The position numbers and the translations under genes are program-made. The notes under the pieces are model-generated. The model was not told where the DNA came from. It searched no databases and saw only the letters and a program-made list of their open reading frames with translations. A stretch of 64,000 nt of DNA, from contig JBNRSN020000004.1 in assembly GCA_051313645.2 (NCBI GenBank), positions 239,816,001 to 239,880,000 of the forward strand, read 5' to 3'. Numbering within the stretch: position 1 is the stretch's first letter; every line of letters begins with the position of its first letter. Of the stretch, positions 62,309 through 64,000 are shown piece by piece. This stretch comes from Centroscyllium fabricii. Taxonomy: Eukaryota.

Positions 62309-62702
62309 TCTTCCTGCAGGTGCCTCTCATTGCAAAGGCCAAAAGGTTGGCAGTCTGCAGAAGAAGCAAGGCTTGTTGCAGACCTTAAATGCAGCAGCAA
62401 TGATGATGTCATCGGAGGCGACTTTCAGACTGGAAAAACTCATTGGCCATGGGTTCCCACGTGTTGGAACTCAATTGGCCAATTAAGTTAAAATCGCATC
62501 ATTCTCCCACATCGATTTAGAATCAGGTGGATAACACGAAATGCGGATTACACCACCCCAGCCCGCCCCAGTGATAAAATCCAGCCCTTCCTTTCTGAAT
62601 TCACGAATTCCTGTTTAAAATTCTTTCCCCAAGGACAGCTATTGTGTAAAGTAGAAACATTTACACTGAAATTGGCTTAAGCCATATTGGGGGAGGAATT
62701 AT

Positions 62703-63540
62703 AAACAGAAAATGCTGGAAATACTCCGCCGTCCAGGCAGCATCTCTGGAGAGAGAAACAGCGTTGCTGGGCTGGATTTTGCCAATGGGGACGCATTGGG
62801 GGCGGGTCTGCTGGTTGTCGGGTTTCAGTCCCGACCCCAGTGACGTCCAGCCAACCAACGCTATTTTCCCTTAATTGATCTTGTTAAGCCTGCCCTGCGG
62901 GTTTAGCCAGCCAATTAAGGGAAAGCCAGAAACAGAGGACGTCAGCATATGACATTTCATTTGTCAAGAATTTTTAACAGATGAATTGTCAGCATTTGTG
63001 ACAAGGTGGAAGGCAGGAGAGATTAAATGAACAGCAGAATCATTACCAACACCTGCTTTCCGAAACAATGGGAGCCGTGGTTATGACCTGAACTTGCAGA
63101 ACTCGATATTGAGTCTGGAAGGCTGCAAAGTGACTAACTGAAAGAATTAAAACAAGAAGCAACCAGAAGCTCAGGGTCATGCTTGCAGACTGAACGGTGG
63201 TGTTCAGCAGAATGATCACCCAATCTGCGTTTGGCCTCCTCAATGTAGAGGAGACCACATCTTGAGCAGCGAATACAATATGTTAAATTAAAAGAAGTAC
63301 AAGTAAATCGCTCTTTCACCTGGAAGGAATGTTTGGGGCCTTCGACAGTGGGAAAGGAGATGGTGAAAGAGCAGGTATTGCGCTTTATGGGAAGGTGCCA
63401 CGGGAAGGGGAGCAGATGTTGGGGGTGATTGAGGAGTGGACCAGGGTGCCACGGAGGGAATGTTCCCTACAGATTGCTGAAAGGGGAGGGGAAGATGTGT
63501 TTGGTGGTGCTATCACACTGGAGGTGCAATGGGGCATGTG
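62703..63540 (-). mobile_element. Penelope-like retroelement fragment with GIY-YIG endonuclease, interrupted by a MITE piece
   Basis: FTCTSFNLTYCIRCSRCGLLYIEEAKRRLGDHSAEH (63134-63319) is a degenerate GIY-YIG; terminal block AAACAGAAAATGCTGGAAATACTC...GGCAGCATCT at 62703. Confidence 0.75.
62769..63000. mobile_element. Truncated second copy of the 56264 MITE family
   Basis: Starts GGGCTGGATTTTGCCAATGGGGACGC..., collinear with 56264-56470. Confidence 0.8.
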
Positions 63541-64000
63541 GGACATCAGTGAATGGTGGGACCAACAGTGTTAACCAATGAAATTTAATGATTGAGAAAG
63601 AAACAGAGGAGTGACTGAGCAGGAAGGTGAATTGGAGTCAAATCAGGTACAGAAAGGGAAATAAAAAGGAGGAAAGAAAAGTTGGATTAAGAGAGAGAGA
63701 GAAAAGAGACAGAAAGGAAAAGTAAACAAAAAATGTAAAAACTGCAAGTTTGATGTTTTAGAAATCCCTAAGAACAATTTATCATCTGAAGGAATGAGAT
63801 GCCACAGTTTAAATTGTTCAATTTTTGGGCCAGATAGGTTGATTTTATTGCATTAACAATTATCCCAGCATTGAAAAGGTACTTATACTGTTAATTACCA
63901 GAGTTAACTGTCTGTGGTGAGTTTAGTAGACAATTAATATGCAAATGCAGTAAGTTCTTAAAAATAACGGGGAGGCTCAGGGAAACCTGCTGTTTGTGCG

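Larger units (their letters stand above)
58290..62587 (+). mobile_element. PIF/Harbinger DNA transposon copy 2 (decayed, uninterrupted, 4.3 kb)
   Basis: TIRs GGGCTGGATTTT / AAAATCCAGCCC (12/12); flanks TTT and TTC (imperfect 3-bp duplication); same two-gene layout as copy 1. Confidence 0.9.

Overview
This is vertebrate genomic DNA, almost certainly from a cartilaginous fish (shark-type repeats and compact, ancestral-looking Hox proteins). The species cannot be fixed from sequence alone. Bases 1 to about 44.6 kb hold the 3' (anterior) end of a HoxA cluster on the + strand: HoxA4, HoxA3, HoxA2 and HoxA1. Each has two coding exons split by a phase-1 GT-AG intron between the hexapeptide and the homeodomain. 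Recognisable regulatory elements are present: four DR5 retinoic-acid response elements, the Hox4 intronic HB1-like element, the HoxA3 Kreisler/Hox-Pbx enhancer, HoxA2 r3/5 and r4 enhancers, miR-10 and miR-99/100 seed sites in 3' UTRs, and poor-context uORFs. From about 44.7 kb the DNA changes abruptly to a nested transposon landscape. It contains two decayed full-length PIF/Harbinger elements, each with a polyQ-leader DDE transposase convergent with a spliced Myb/SANT accessory gene. It also contains Harbinger-type MITEs (one rich in hairpins), a Tigger-like MITE, CR1 LINE pieces, Deu-type SINE pieces and Penelope-like pieces. I found no rRNA, tRNA, CRISPR or prokaryotic features. The Hox part is well-known biology. 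The least-described material is the Harbinger/MITE family architecture and the promoter/uORF pattern. Assignments to published elements come from my memory of the families and need alignment to confirm.
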